NCBI GenBank assembly: GCA_021815205.1
Contig: JAKAHD010000002.1
Span: 45,538-109,537 of the forward strand
Source: a bacterium
GTDB taxonomy: Bacteria; Patescibacteriota; Minisyncoccia; UBA6257; GWB1-50-10
Direction: 5' to 3'
DNA: 64,000 bases
In this document: positions 1-7,979 of the stretch, piece after piece
Layout: the number at the start of each line of letters is the position of its first letter
How positions within the stretch are numbered: the first letter of the stretch is position 1
The notes under the pieces: generated by a model
Seen by the model: only the letters and a program-made list of their open reading frames with translations
Told to the model about the DNA's origin: nothing
The model's database searches: none
Translations under genes and position numbers: made by a program

Positions 1-171
1 ATGGAACGAGGAGAGTATAGTATTGAAACGAAGAAAGGAATCGCGTTTGACCCAAGGATGTCGCAGACGACGCTTGCCCTCTTTCTTTCTGCGGGAAACG
101 TTCCGAAGTTTAATTTCTTAAATCAGATGCTCATGCGCCGCGCGCGTTGGCTTATCCCTCATTTTTCGTTA
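1..171 (+). CDS. 3' end of an upstream gene (5' truncated by window edge); unknown product
   Basis: Frame 1 is open from nt 1 to TAA at 169-171; the TACGAA repeat element starts right after the stop, matching the pattern at other gene ends. Confidence 0.3.
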
Positions 172-181
172 CAATAAGTTA

Positions 182-296
182 GCTACGAAATACGAATTAC
201 CTACGAATACACGAAAGAGATGACTTACAACTCACAATCGACAACTGGCAGCACGGCAATCGGATTCGTATATTCGTACTCAATTCGTAATTCGTA
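182..296. repeat. TACGAA-type intergenic imperfect palindrome (T-element copy 1)
   Basis: Left arm gctacgaaatacgaatt...tacgaatacacgaa, right arm attcgtatattcgta...aattcgtaattcgtag; ends ~10 nt before ATG at 306. Confidence 0.8.
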
Positions 297-305
297 GAGA
301 ATTTC

Positions 306-1979
306 ATGAAATTGGAGAAGAAAATATTTCTCGATAGATCCGACGATCTTAATGCGGCGGTTGATGCGATCATCAATGCTTCTGCGGCGAGAGTTATTTT
401 GAACATTCCAAAGGGTTCGGTACTCGGGGAGTCAGTGCACACGTTCCAAGTGTTGCGGAGAGAAAGCGAAACCGCGGAGAAAGAGCTTTCAATCGAGTCC
501 GTTGACGAGCATATCCTCGAGCTTGCGTCGATCGCGAAGATTCCCGCACTGAATCCAATCTTCAAAATAAAGGAACGGGCGGTAACCGATATCATTCCGC
601 GTATGACTCGAATGGAAGTTCCGAAACGGAAAGCCGCTGCAGAAAAAATAGCGGAGGATGAAGAAGAAACGGAAGAGGAACTATATTATGAAAAACGGCC
701 GGTAAAGAAAAAGAAAACGTTATGGCGAAAAAAGGAAAGAGGGGAAGAGCCCCCGGAAGAGGATAGTGAAGAAAGGAACGAAGCGTCCGAAGAGACCGAA
801 GACGCAGCACCGAAGCGGAGAGGAAGAACGGGAAAGCGTCTTGTGAAATCTTTCGTTACGTTCGTAGGGCTTGTGGCGGCGGGCGCGATCGCGGTCGTGT
901 ATATTCTGCCGCGTGTGACAATTCAGATGACCCTAAAAAAAACGCAAGCGAGCTTTGATCTTTTGGTAACCGCCGCCGCAAATACTGCGACGACGACCGT
1001 GATTTCGAACTCGGTGATGATTCCCGGGCAGATACTCTCCGCCAAGAAGAACGTAGTGATGAGTTTCAAGGCGCAGGGAACCGCGGAACAAACGGGAGGA
1101 TACGCGGAGGGCACGCTTGCGATATGGAATGCATACTCCACGGCGCCGCAAACGCTCGTTGCGACAACAAGATTTCAGTTTCCCGACGGGAAGATATTCC
1201 GCCTTGTGAATGCAGTAACCGTTCCCGGAGCAAGTATGGTAAGCGGAAAGCTGAAACCATCATCAATAGATGCGCGGGTTCGCGCCGACAAGATGGGCGA
1301 TGCCTACAACCTTTCCAAAACAAATGAGGTATGGATGATTCCGGGATTCAAAGGAACGGAGCGGTACCAGAAGTTCTACGCGACAATGAAGACCTCGATG
1401 AGTGGCGGATTTACCGGTACGAGGATAGTGCCTACAAGCGCCGACATCATGAACGCAAAACAAAAGGCGGAGGAAGCACTGCGCAATACACTCGAAGCGC
1501 AGATGACCATATCGGGTTCGAATAATTATAAACTGCTTCCGGGCGCCTCCACTTTTGAGATCACGAGCGAATCGATTTCTTCCTCGACGGCCGCGGACGG
1601 CACCTTCTCGGTATTCGCCGAAGGTACGTTACGAGAACTCGTGTTTGATGAAGGAATGCTGAAACATGCCATTATGCAATCGGCGGGTATCTCGACCGCA
1701 GGTGATATGAAGATTGATAATCTCACCTTGAACTATGGGACCTCGACTTTGGATGTCGCGAACGGAAAGGTATCGTTTACGGCACGCGGATCCATTCTTG
1801 CCGAGCCGAATATTGATTTCAACGGTTTGAAACAGCAGATCGCGGGGGATAACGAGGCGGACCTCAAGGCCGCGCTCTTCTCGCTTCCCGGACTCGAGAA
1901 GGCGAACATCTCCTTCTGGCCTTTTTGGGTCACGGCCGTGCCGCAAGACACAGGGAAGATTTATTTCGAAGTGCAGTAG
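306..1979 (+). CDS. hypothetical membrane-anchored protein (charged K/E-rich linker, single TM, large extracytoplasmic domain)
   Basis: 557-aa ORF; KKKK/EEE tract then hydrophobic segment FVTFVGLVAAGAIAVVYIL; no recognisable catalytic motif. Confidence 0.6.
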   Translation: MKLEKKIFLDRSDDLNAAVDAIINASAARVILNIPKGSVLGESVHTFQVLRRESETAEKELSIESVDEHILELASIAKIPALNPIFKIKERAVTDIIPRMTRMEVPKRKAAAEKIAEDEEETEEELYYEKRPVKKKKTLWRKKERGEEPPEEDSEERNEASEETEDAAPKRRGRTGKRLVKSFVTFVGLVAAGAIAVVYILPRVTIQMTLKKTQASFDLLVTAAANTATTTVISNSVMIPGQILSAKKNVVMSFKAQGTAEQTGGYAEGTLAIWNAYSTAPQTLVATTRFQFPDGKIFRLVNAVTVPGASMVSGKLKPSSIDARVRADKMGDAYNLSKTNEVWMIPGFKGTERYQKFYATMKTSMSGGFTGTRIVPTSADIMNAKQKAEEALRNTLEAQMTISGSNNYKLLPGASTFEITSESISSSTAADGTFSVFAEGTLRELVFDEGMLKHAIMQSAGISTAGDMKIDNLTLNYGTSTLDVANGKVSFTARGSILAEPNIDFNGLKQQIAGDNEADLKAALFSLPGLEKANISFWPFWVTAVPQDTGKIYFEVQ

Positions 1980-1991
1980 CTGACACGGATA

Positions 1992-2015
1992 GTGCTATGC
2001 CCTATAGCATGGCAC
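1992..2015. repeat. GTGCTATG...CATAGCAC palindrome family (imperfect copy)
   Basis: agtgctatgccctatagcatggcac immediately after stop of 306..1979. Confidence 0.5.
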
Positions 2016-2050
2016 CTGACTGAGATAATATAGTTGCACCCCTATTGATA

Positions 2051-2079
2051 TTGACAATTTTCCACCTCTTCGTTACCAT
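2051..2079 (+). promoter_or_regulatory. sigma70-like promoter upstream of infA
   Basis: TTGACA(2051-2056)-N17-TACCAT. Confidence 0.4.
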
Positions 2080-2091
2080 AGAACCTGCCTA

Positions 2092-2325
2092 TTGATGAAA
2101 CCATCACCGCAGCTTGTGAGAGTGGAAGGAAAGGTGATAGAGGCCCTGCCGGGTCTTCTCTTCCGCGTGATTGTGGGAAAAGAGGGGGAAGGAGGACACG
2201 AAGTCCTGGGGCATCTTGCGGGGAGGTTAAAATTGCACCGCATCCGCGTGATCCCGGGAGATCGGGTGATTCTCGAAATGGCGAACATGAACGATGCGAG
2301 GGGAAGGATCACTAGAAGGCTATAA
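2092..2325 (+). CDS. infA: translation initiation factor IF-1
   Basis: S1/OB-fold pattern (VEGKVIEALPG..FRV..G..V.GHLAG..R...IRVIPGDRV..E..), ~72 aa; TTG at 2092 or ATG at 2095. Confidence 0.85.
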   Translation: MMKPSPQLVRVEGKVIEALPGLLFRVIVGKEGEGGHEVLGHLAGRLKLHRIRVIPGDRVILEMANMNDARGRITRRL

Positions 2326-2527
2326 AAGGCGAAATCCCAAATACCAAATTTCAAATAACAAATAAATTCTGTCCCTTCGGTCATCCCTACGGGAGATGTC
2401 CCGGAGGGACAGATATCTCCCGCAGGGAGACCATTCTCGAAATCTAAAACCGGTAACATGTTTCTGATTTTGATGTTAGATTAGGTATTATTTGGAGCTT
2501 GGTGCTTGGAACTTGGAATCTTTCGAC

Positions 2528-2644
2528 ATGAAAGTACGCGCGTCGGTAAAAAAAATTTGCGAAGGCTGCAAAACCGTCCGCCGCAAAGGACGGCTTTATG
2601 TAATTTGCAAGAAAAACCCGAAGCATAAGCAGAGACAAGGCTAA
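2528..2644 (+). CDS. rpmJ: 50S ribosomal protein L36
   Basis: 38-aa [41 protein letters not shown] (absent from ORF track, <60 aa); C-x2-C...C-x4-H zinc ribbon; canonical position between infA and rpsM. Confidence 0.9.
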   Translation: MKVRASVKKICEGCKTVRRKGRLYVICKKNPKHKQRQG

Positions 2645-2791
2645 CGATAAAATCCGAAGCACGAAATCCGAAATTCGAAACAATAGTCAAAAATAAGAAA
2701 TAATAATGCTCAAAACACGTGTTTAGGATTTAGGAAATTTGGTATTGGAATTTGTTTCGTATTTCGATATTCGAATTTCGAATTTAATTGT

Positions 2792-3175
2792 ATGAGAGTA
2801 GCCGGTGTAAATATTCCCGATACTAAGAAGGTGCGGATCGCGCTTCGTTATATTTATGGCGTAGGTCCTACGAACGCGCTCGAAGTGTTGAAGATTTCTA
2901 AGATCGACCCCGAGAAGCACGCAAAGGACCTGACGCCCGAAGAGGTAAATAAAATCCAATCTTATTTTGAAAAACACATAAAGGTGGAGGGGGAACTGCG
3001 GCAGGTAGTGCGGCAGAACATCAACCGACTGAAAGACATAAAAGCCTACCGCGGCGTGAGGCATATGCGCCGCCTTCCAGTTCGGGGTCAGCGCACCAAG
3101 ACGAACTCGCGAACGGTGCGCGGAAACGTCCGGAAGACCGCAGGGAGCGGAAAGAGAAAAGTGGAACTCAAGTAA
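2792..3175 (+). CDS. rpsM: 30S ribosomal protein S13
   Basis: MRVAGVNIP..K.V..AL..IYG.G; conserved order rpmJ-rpsM-rpsK-rpsD-rpoA-rplQ. Confidence 0.95.
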   Translation: MRVAGVNIPDTKKVRIALRYIYGVGPTNALEVLKISKIDPEKHAKDLTPEEVNKIQSYFEKHIKVEGELRQVVRQNINRLKDIKAYRGVRHMRRLPVRGQRTKTNSRTVRGNVRKTAGSGKRKVELK

Positions 3176-3351
3176 CGAAATCCTAAGCACCAAATCCTAG
3201 ATTCTAAACAAATTCCAATGACAAAAACCCAAAACAACAGAACACATGTTTCGGTCATTATCATTTCGAATCTTGGTCATTGTTTAGGATTTATGTCCCT
3301 TCGGGACATCTCCCGTAGGGAGAGAAATTAGAATTTAGGATTTCGACTATT

Positions 3352-3804
3352 ATGGGGAAGAAAAAAGTAGCGGAAAAAACAAAAGAGGAGTTGATAAAGG
3401 AAAACGAATCCGTCGAGAGCGCAGTGGCAAAGCAAAAGGGCGCCGCCGGAAAATCGCGCGTGGAGCAGGGGAGGATTTACGTGCGGACGACGTATAACAA
3501 CACCATGATCACGGTAACTGATATGCAGGGAAGAGTAATCGCGTGGATGTCCGCGGGATCGCTCGGATTTTCGGGACCGAAGAAGGCGACGCCGTTCGCC
3601 GCATCAAAGGTTGCGGAGGCGATCACGCAAAAAATAGAAAAGACCGGTCCCTCGACGGTCGAGATTTATGTGAGGGGCGTGGGAAGCGGAAGAGATTCTG
3701 CGGTCCGTTCGTTCGCCGCGAAGGGCTTGAATATCATCGCGGTGAGAGACGTAACGCCGATTCCGCACAACGGGCCGCGCCCCGCGAAAGTAAGGAGGGT
3801 ATAA
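3352..3804 (+). CDS. rpsK: 30S ribosomal protein S11
   Basis: IYVRTTYNNTMITVTD..G..IAWMSAG..GFSGPKKATPFAA. Confidence 0.95.
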   Translation: MGKKKVAEKTKEELIKENESVESAVAKQKGAAGKSRVEQGRIYVRTTYNNTMITVTDMQGRVIAWMSAGSLGFSGPKKATPFAASKVAEAITQKIEKTGPSTVEIYVRGVGSGRDSAVRSFAAKGLNIIAVRDVTPIPHNGPRPAKVRRV

Positions 3805-3806
3805 CG

Positions 3807-3846
3807 CACGAATATGCACGAATCATTCACGAATATCACGAATAGG
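3807..3846 (+). repeat. four direct CACGAAT repeats phased ~10-11 bp, filling the rpsK-rpsD spacer
   Basis: cacgaatatg cacgaatcatt cacgaatat cacgaatagg; spacings 10/11/9 bp (one helical turn); ends 6 nt before rpsD ATG. Confidence 0.75.
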
Positions 3847-3851
3847 CAATT

Positions 3852-4454
3852 ATGAAATCAGTGAAAGAAAAAAAGGAACGATCACTCGGCGTGAGGCTTT
3901 TTATCAAGGCGGATCGTTGCGGTTCACCGAAGTGTGCGATGGTGCGCCATCCGTACCGCCCCGGCATGCACGGAGAAAGAGGACGCCGCACGGTCTCCGA
4001 TTACGGGCGCCAGCTTCAGGAGAAGCAGAAAATGCAGCTTCTGTACGGTTTCAACAATCGGCAGATGCGGAATCTTTTCAAAGCGCACGCTCAAGAGGAG
4101 ATTTTCCTGCGTCTTGAAATGCGGCTTGATCACGTGGTGTTCCTCCTCGGATTTGCAAAATCGCCCCGTATCGCCCGCCAACTCGTCTCCCACGGGCATG
4201 TCCATGTGAACGGGAGAAAGGTGACAATTCCTTCGTTTCATGTGAAAATAGGAGATGAGATACGTATTCGTCCGGAATCCCGCGACTCGAAAGTGTTTGA
4301 AGATATACATGCGAGATTGAAACAGCATGCGGCACCCGCATGGCTCGAACTCCTGCCCGAGAGGCTTGAAGGGAAGTGCGTTTCGAACCCTTCGCCCGAG
4401 GATCTCCGGTTGCCATTCGATATTAATTTGGTCGCCCAATTTTTTGCCCGTTAA
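3852..4454 (+). CDS. rpsD: 30S ribosomal protein S4
   Basis: C-x4-C..zinc ribbon-like N-terminus, S4 domain (RLD.VVF..GFA.SR..ARQLV.HGH..VNG..V.IPS). Confidence 0.95.
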   Translation: MKSVKEKKERSLGVRLFIKADRCGSPKCAMVRHPYRPGMHGERGRRTVSDYGRQLQEKQKMQLLYGFNNRQMRNLFKAHAQEEIFLRLEMRLDHVVFLLGFAKSPRIARQLVSHGHVHVNGRKVTIPSFHVKIGDEIRIRPESRDSKVFEDIHARLKQHAAPAWLELLPERLEGKCVSNPSPEDLRLPFDINLVAQFFAR

Positions 4455-4476
4455 ATAACGCGGGTAGCACACCAGC

Positions 4477-5235
4477 ATGAAGTACTTGCATCTTAGTGAG
4501 ACAGTGGTCGTAAAAAAGATTTCCGAGAAGGATAACATCGGAGTATTCCATATTGAAGGATTGTATACGGGATACGGCACGACCCTTGGGAACGCGCTTC
4601 GGAGAGTGCTCCTCTCTTCGCTTCCAGGAGCGGCGATTACCCAAATCAAGATACAAGGAGTGGATCACGAGTTTTCGACGCTTCCCGGCATGATGGAAGA
4701 TGTCGTCGAATATACGCTGAACCTGAAAAAGGTGAGATTTGTGTTTAACGCGGAAGAGCCGCAGACCCTTTCTTTAAAGGTAAAAGGGGAACGCGAAGTA
4801 ACGGCGGCCGATATTGAATCTTCCCCGTTCGTGCAGGTAATCAATAAAGATCTGCATCTTGCAACGCTCACGAAAAAGTCCGCCGAACTCAACATGGAAC
4901 TTACCGTCGAGAAAGGATTGGGGTACGTAGTCTCCGAGATGCATCGCGTGGAGCGTCTCTCTGTAGGAACGGTGGTCTTGGACGCAATCTTCTCTCCCGT
5001 CGTGCGCGTTGCGTTCAAGGTCGAGGACATGCGCGTGGGAGACAGGACCAACTTCAATCGTTTGGAGCTTGAGATAGAAACGGATGGCTCGATCAGCCCC
5101 TCCGAGGCGCTCCATAAAGCGGGGAAGATCATGAAAGATCATTTTGAGAAGATAGCGGAGATAGAAGTGACTCCGGCGGCGCTCGCCGAGGAAGCGGAAG
5201 AAGAGAAAGAAAAGAAAACAAAAAAGAAGAAATAA
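4477..5235 (+). CDS. rpoA: DNA-directed RNA polymerase alpha subunit, N-terminal domain only (no alpha-CTD)
   Basis: alpha-NTD motifs (GYGTTLGNALRRVLLSS.PGAAI); 252 aa ending in an EEAEEEKEKKTKKKK tail; no HhH alpha-CTD. Confidence 0.9.
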   Translation: MKYLHLSETVVVKKISEKDNIGVFHIEGLYTGYGTTLGNALRRVLLSSLPGAAITQIKIQGVDHEFSTLPGMMEDVVEYTLNLKKVRFVFNAEEPQTLSLKVKGEREVTAADIESSPFVQVINKDLHLATLTKKSAELNMELTVEKGLGYVVSEMHRVERLSVGTVVLDAIFSPVVRVAFKVEDMRVGDRTNFNRLELEIETDGSISPSEALHKAGKIMKDHFEKIAEIEVTPAALAEEAEEEKEKKTKKKK

Positions 5236-5240
5236 ATTTT

Positions 5241-5352
5241 GCTACGAAATACGAAGGTAGTACGAATATACGAAATTATAGCTTACGATTTATATCACAT
5301 AACTAACAAGGAACGCGGATTCGTATATTCGTACACAATTCGTAATTCGTAG
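5241..5352. repeat. TACGAA-type intergenic imperfect palindrome (T-element copy 2)
   Basis: gctacgaaatacgaagg..tacgaatatacgaa / attcgtatattcgta..aattcgtaattcgtag between rpoA stop and rplQ start. Confidence 0.8.
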
Positions 5353-5361
5353 AGAAATCCT

Positions 5362-5715
5362 ATGCGTCATCTCAACAAGGGGAGAAAATTTGGTTTGAAG
5401 CGGGGCCCGAGGAGGGCGTTTTTGAGGGTACTCGCGAACAACCTTATTCGCCATGAACGCATCCGTACCACGGAGGCGAGAGCGAAAGAAATAAAAATGC
5501 TTGTAGAGCGCTACATTACCTATGGAAAGAAACAGAACTTGAGCGGCATGAGATTATTGCAGCAGAAGCTTCCGAAGGTCGCCGCATACAAGGTATACCA
5601 CGAACTTGCACCGCGTTATGCGGAGCGCAAGGGAGGTTATATAAGAATTTTGAAACAGACGAAGGCTCGGACACATGACGGCGCGAAGATGGTCGTGATC
5701 GAGTTTGTGAAGTAA
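5362..5715 (+). CDS. rplQ: 50S ribosomal protein L17
   Basis: MRHLNKGRK..R...HR.A..RN...L..HERI.TT..KAKE. Confidence 0.95.
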   Translation: MRHLNKGRKFGLKRGPRRAFLRVLANNLIRHERIRTTEARAKEIKMLVERYITYGKKQNLSGMRLLQQKLPKVAAYKVYHELAPRYAERKGGYIRILKQTKARTHDGAKMVVIEFVK

Positions 5716-5835
5716 TCGCGAATAACGCGAATGAATTCAAAATAATGCGAATACGATATAACGCATACGAATATGGAAACGGGTCGAATTACAACCATTC
5801 GCGTTCTTTGCTGTAATTTGCATTATTGGTGATAA
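5716..5835. repeat. GCGAAT/ATTCGC-type intergenic imperfect palindrome (variant of T-element family)
   Basis: cgcgaataacgcgaatgaattcaaaataatgcgaatacga ... accattcgcgttctttgctgtaatttgcattattgg between rplQ and rplM. Confidence 0.6.
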
Positions 5836-5839
5836 CTCT

Positions 5840-6181
5840 ATGCAGTACGAGTTTGACGCAAAAAATAAAAAACTAGGAAGACTTGCGAGCGAGATTGCGC
5901 TCGTGCTCCAGGGCAAGAAGAGCCCTTCGTATCATCCCAAAGACGAGGGCTCCGATACGGTAGTCGTGAAAAACGCCGCGAAGCTCGTGCTCACGGGCAG
6001 GAAGGCGCAGGAAAAGGTATATTACCGCCATGCGGGCGCGCTGGGACACCTGAAAGAAACGAAGTTTGAAGATAAGTTCGCAAAAGACCCCGCCTGGGTG
6101 TTGCGGCACGCGGTGCGGCTCATGCTTCCCAAGAATCGTTTGAATATAAGAAGGTTAAAGCGGTTAAAAATAGAGGAGTAA
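5840..6181 (+). CDS. rplM: 50S ribosomal protein L13
   Basis: L13 signature (LGRLAS.IA..L.GK....Y.P..D.GD.VVV.NA). Confidence 0.95.
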   Translation: MQYEFDAKNKKLGRLASEIALVLQGKKSPSYHPKDEGSDTVVVKNAAKLVLTGRKAQEKVYYRHAGALGHLKETKFEDKFAKDPAWVLRHAVRLMLPKNRLNIRRLKRLKIEE

Positions 6182-6196
6182 TCACAAAAAACGGCA

Positions 6197-6652
6197 ATGA
6201 CAACGACAACTCCAAAAACGAAAAAAACTTCGGCGGGAAATTCCGGAAAAGAGCGGTATCTCGAGGCGGTCGGAAGAAGAAAGACGGCGGTTGCGCGCGT
6301 CCGCCTTTTTACGGGGCGTCCAAAATCAAGCAAGGAACCAGAGATGATGGTGAATGGAAAGGGATTTACCGAATACTTCGGTCTCGTAAAACAGCAGGAG
6401 ATCGTACGCGCTCCGTTTCAGGCGCTCTCGCTTAAAGAGTACAACGCGACCGCGCTCGTGAAGGGCGGGGGCGTGCATGCGCAGGCGGAGGCGATCCGTC
6501 TCGGGCTCTCGAGGACGCTCGTCGCGATGAACCCCATCTGGCGCTCGAAATTGAAATCGCTCGGATTTTTGAAACGCGATCCCCGCAAAGTGGAACGCAA
6601 AAAGTACGGTCTGCGAAAAGCAAGAAGACCTCAGCAATGGCGTAAACGTTAA
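6197..6652 (+). CDS. rpsI: 30S ribosomal protein S9
   Basis: C-terminal GGG..AQA.A.RLG..RAL...KRDPR..ERKKYG..KARR..Q..KR. Confidence 0.95.
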   Translation: MTTTTPKTKKTSAGNSGKERYLEAVGRRKTAVARVRLFTGRPKSSKEPEMMVNGKGFTEYFGLVKQQEIVRAPFQALSLKEYNATALVKGGGVHAQAEAIRLGLSRTLVAMNPIWRSKLKSLGFLKRDPRKVERKKYGLRKARRPQQWRKR

Positions 6653-6716
6653 AAAAATCCCCTATCGGGGGATTTTTCTTTACGCCATTGCTGAGAGGAG
6701 GGGGTGATGGGGGAGG
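6634..6716 (+). repeat. 83-bp direct repeat copy 1 (rpsI 3' end + terminator + G-rich hairpin)
   Basis: caatggcgtaaacgttaaaaaaatcccctatcgggggatttttctttacgccattgctgagaggagggggtgatgggggaggg; identical again at 6795-6877. Confidence 0.85.
6652..6681 (+). terminator. rho-independent terminator of rpsI
   Basis: aaatcccc-tatc-ggggattt stem-loop then T-run; duplicated at ~6813-6842. Confidence 0.75.
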
Positions 6717-6794
6717 GCGGGAAATGAGCCCTCCCCCAAGCCGGAGCTCGCGAACCGAATGGTTCGCGGGAGTCCGCCAAAGGCGGACGACGCA

Positions 6795-6877
6795 ACAATG
6801 GCGTAAACGTTAAAAAAATCCCCTATCGGGGGATTTTTCTTTACGCCATTGCTGAGAGGAGGGGGTGATGGGGGAGG
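6795..6877 (+). repeat. 83-bp direct repeat copy 2 (includes second terminator copy)
   Basis: Perfect repeat of 6634-6716, 161 bp downstream. Confidence 0.85.
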
Positions 6878-6880
6878 GGC

Positions 6881-6972
6881 GGATCGCTGTATTGAAAAAG
6901 TGTGCGCTCCAAGACCGCCTGCCTGCGCAGGCAGGCGAGGCCGGTCTTACCCACTTTTTCAATACAGCGAAT
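6881..6972. repeat. ~90-nt near-perfect hairpin/palindrome at the convergent junction
   Basis: gctgtattgaaaaagtg...cactttttcaatacagc arms (17/17), aagaccg/cggtctt, central perfect palindrome cctgcctgcgcaggcagg. Confidence 0.7.
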
Positions 6973-7028
6973 CCGCTTTTCACGTAAAAAACCCTGCCTA
7001 TAATGCGGGGTTTCTATTGGGAGAGGGT

Positions 7029-7814
7029 TTATCGAAGCGCAAAAGTCGCGTGCACAAGGTAGGTCAGAAGTTTTTCAACCGAGGAGGTGTCGTATGCGCC
7101 GTAATCCGAAACAAGCGTTGAGTTTACGGGTGTGATCTGCGTGACGCCGATACTCGATGACCGCAAGTTTCCGACCGTCGCCCCGACGCCTTCGGTGATC
7201 GCCTTTGCCCGGTCGCGGGCATCCGAAAGCGCGCTCTGGAGCATTCCTCGCCTCAAGGAGTCGAGTGTTTCGTTCTTCAAGTAATATTCCGGGCTCTGCG
7301 CGGAAAAGATGATTCCTTTTCCGACGAGGAACTGCGGTGCGTCATGCGCAAGCGTGGTGAGCCCGTCTACGTTGTCCGATTCGACGAGTATGCTTTGCGA
7401 GAGATCGTATCCTGTAAGTGTTCCCCCCAGGCCGCCGCCGTAGAACTTCGCGCTCATCACGCCGTTCGCCGTCTGATACTGAGGATCGACGGAAAGAGGA
7501 TTGACCGTGATCGAGGAAGTCGCGATGCCATTCGACGTGAAATAGGCGAGGATGGTATTCAAATCGCTCGTCATCTGCGCGGAACCGGTCTTCAAATCGC
7601 TTTCCGCAGGACCGGTGTGGCGGAGGAATGTGCCCCTCCACTTCACGACGTCGGATTTCACCGTTTTCTGGGAGACGCCCGTCACGGTGACGACCGCGTT
7701 ATTGTAGGTTTTTACGTAATACACAACCCAGCTTACGATAACCGCAGTGAGCATCAAGCTCAGGCCGAGTATTATTCCGAACGGAACGAGCGATCTCGGT
7801 TTGTTTTCATTCAT
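7029..7814 (-). CDS. SIMPL/DUF541-like periplasmic protein with N-terminal membrane anchor (hypothetical)
   Basis: Start taken at MNENKPRSLVPFGIILGLSLMLTAVIV (signal anchor); composition and length resemble SIMPL-domain proteins; terminator hairpin with T-run downstream on minus strand (~6990-7020). Confidence 0.55.
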   Translation of the reverse strand: MNENKPRSLVPFGIILGLSLMLTAVIVSWVVYYVKTYNNAVVTVTGVSQKTVKSDVVKWRGTFLRHTGPAESDLKTGSAQMTSDLNTILAYFTSNGIATSSITVNPLSVDPQYQTANGVMSAKFYGGGLGGTLTGYDLSQSILVESDNVDGLTTLAHDAPQFLVGKGIIFSAQSPEYYLKNETLDSLRRGMLQSALSDARDRAKAITEGVGATVGNLRSSSIGVTQITPVNSTLVSDYGAYDTSSVEKLLTYLVHATFALR

Positions 7815-7979
7815 TGTTGTGGAGAGAAATGAACGACCTTTTGAGACAGTATAGCAGATTCGAAATAACAAATCACAGGCGTAAATCCTCAATAATGACC
7901 AAAATCAGAAATTCCAATTATCAAAACACGCGTTTTGAATTTTGTATTTTTTAGGATTTAGAATTTTGAGTTTAGGATT

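Noticed and set aside
2702-2730. parS site (aaacacgtgttt)
   Set aside because: Shares the CACGTG core of parS (tGTTtCACGTGAAACa) but the flanking half-sites are inverted relative to the consensus and it lies in the r-protein operon, not near parAB.
3924-4649. Long antisense ORFs (e.g. 3924-4649 -, 10764-11555 -, 14321-14971 -, 19715-20431 -, 22690-23673 -, 25094-25795 -, 25884-26525 -, 40202-40954 -, 51580-52131 -, 8346-9044 +, 29879-30556 +)
   Set aside because: Each lies entirely opposite a well-supported gene (rpsD, mreB, ddl, mreB2, PBP2, lysS, serS, P-type ATPase, groEL, PEGA protein, PMT). Products are Arg/Ser/Pro-rich with no domain signal, typical of shadow ORFs.
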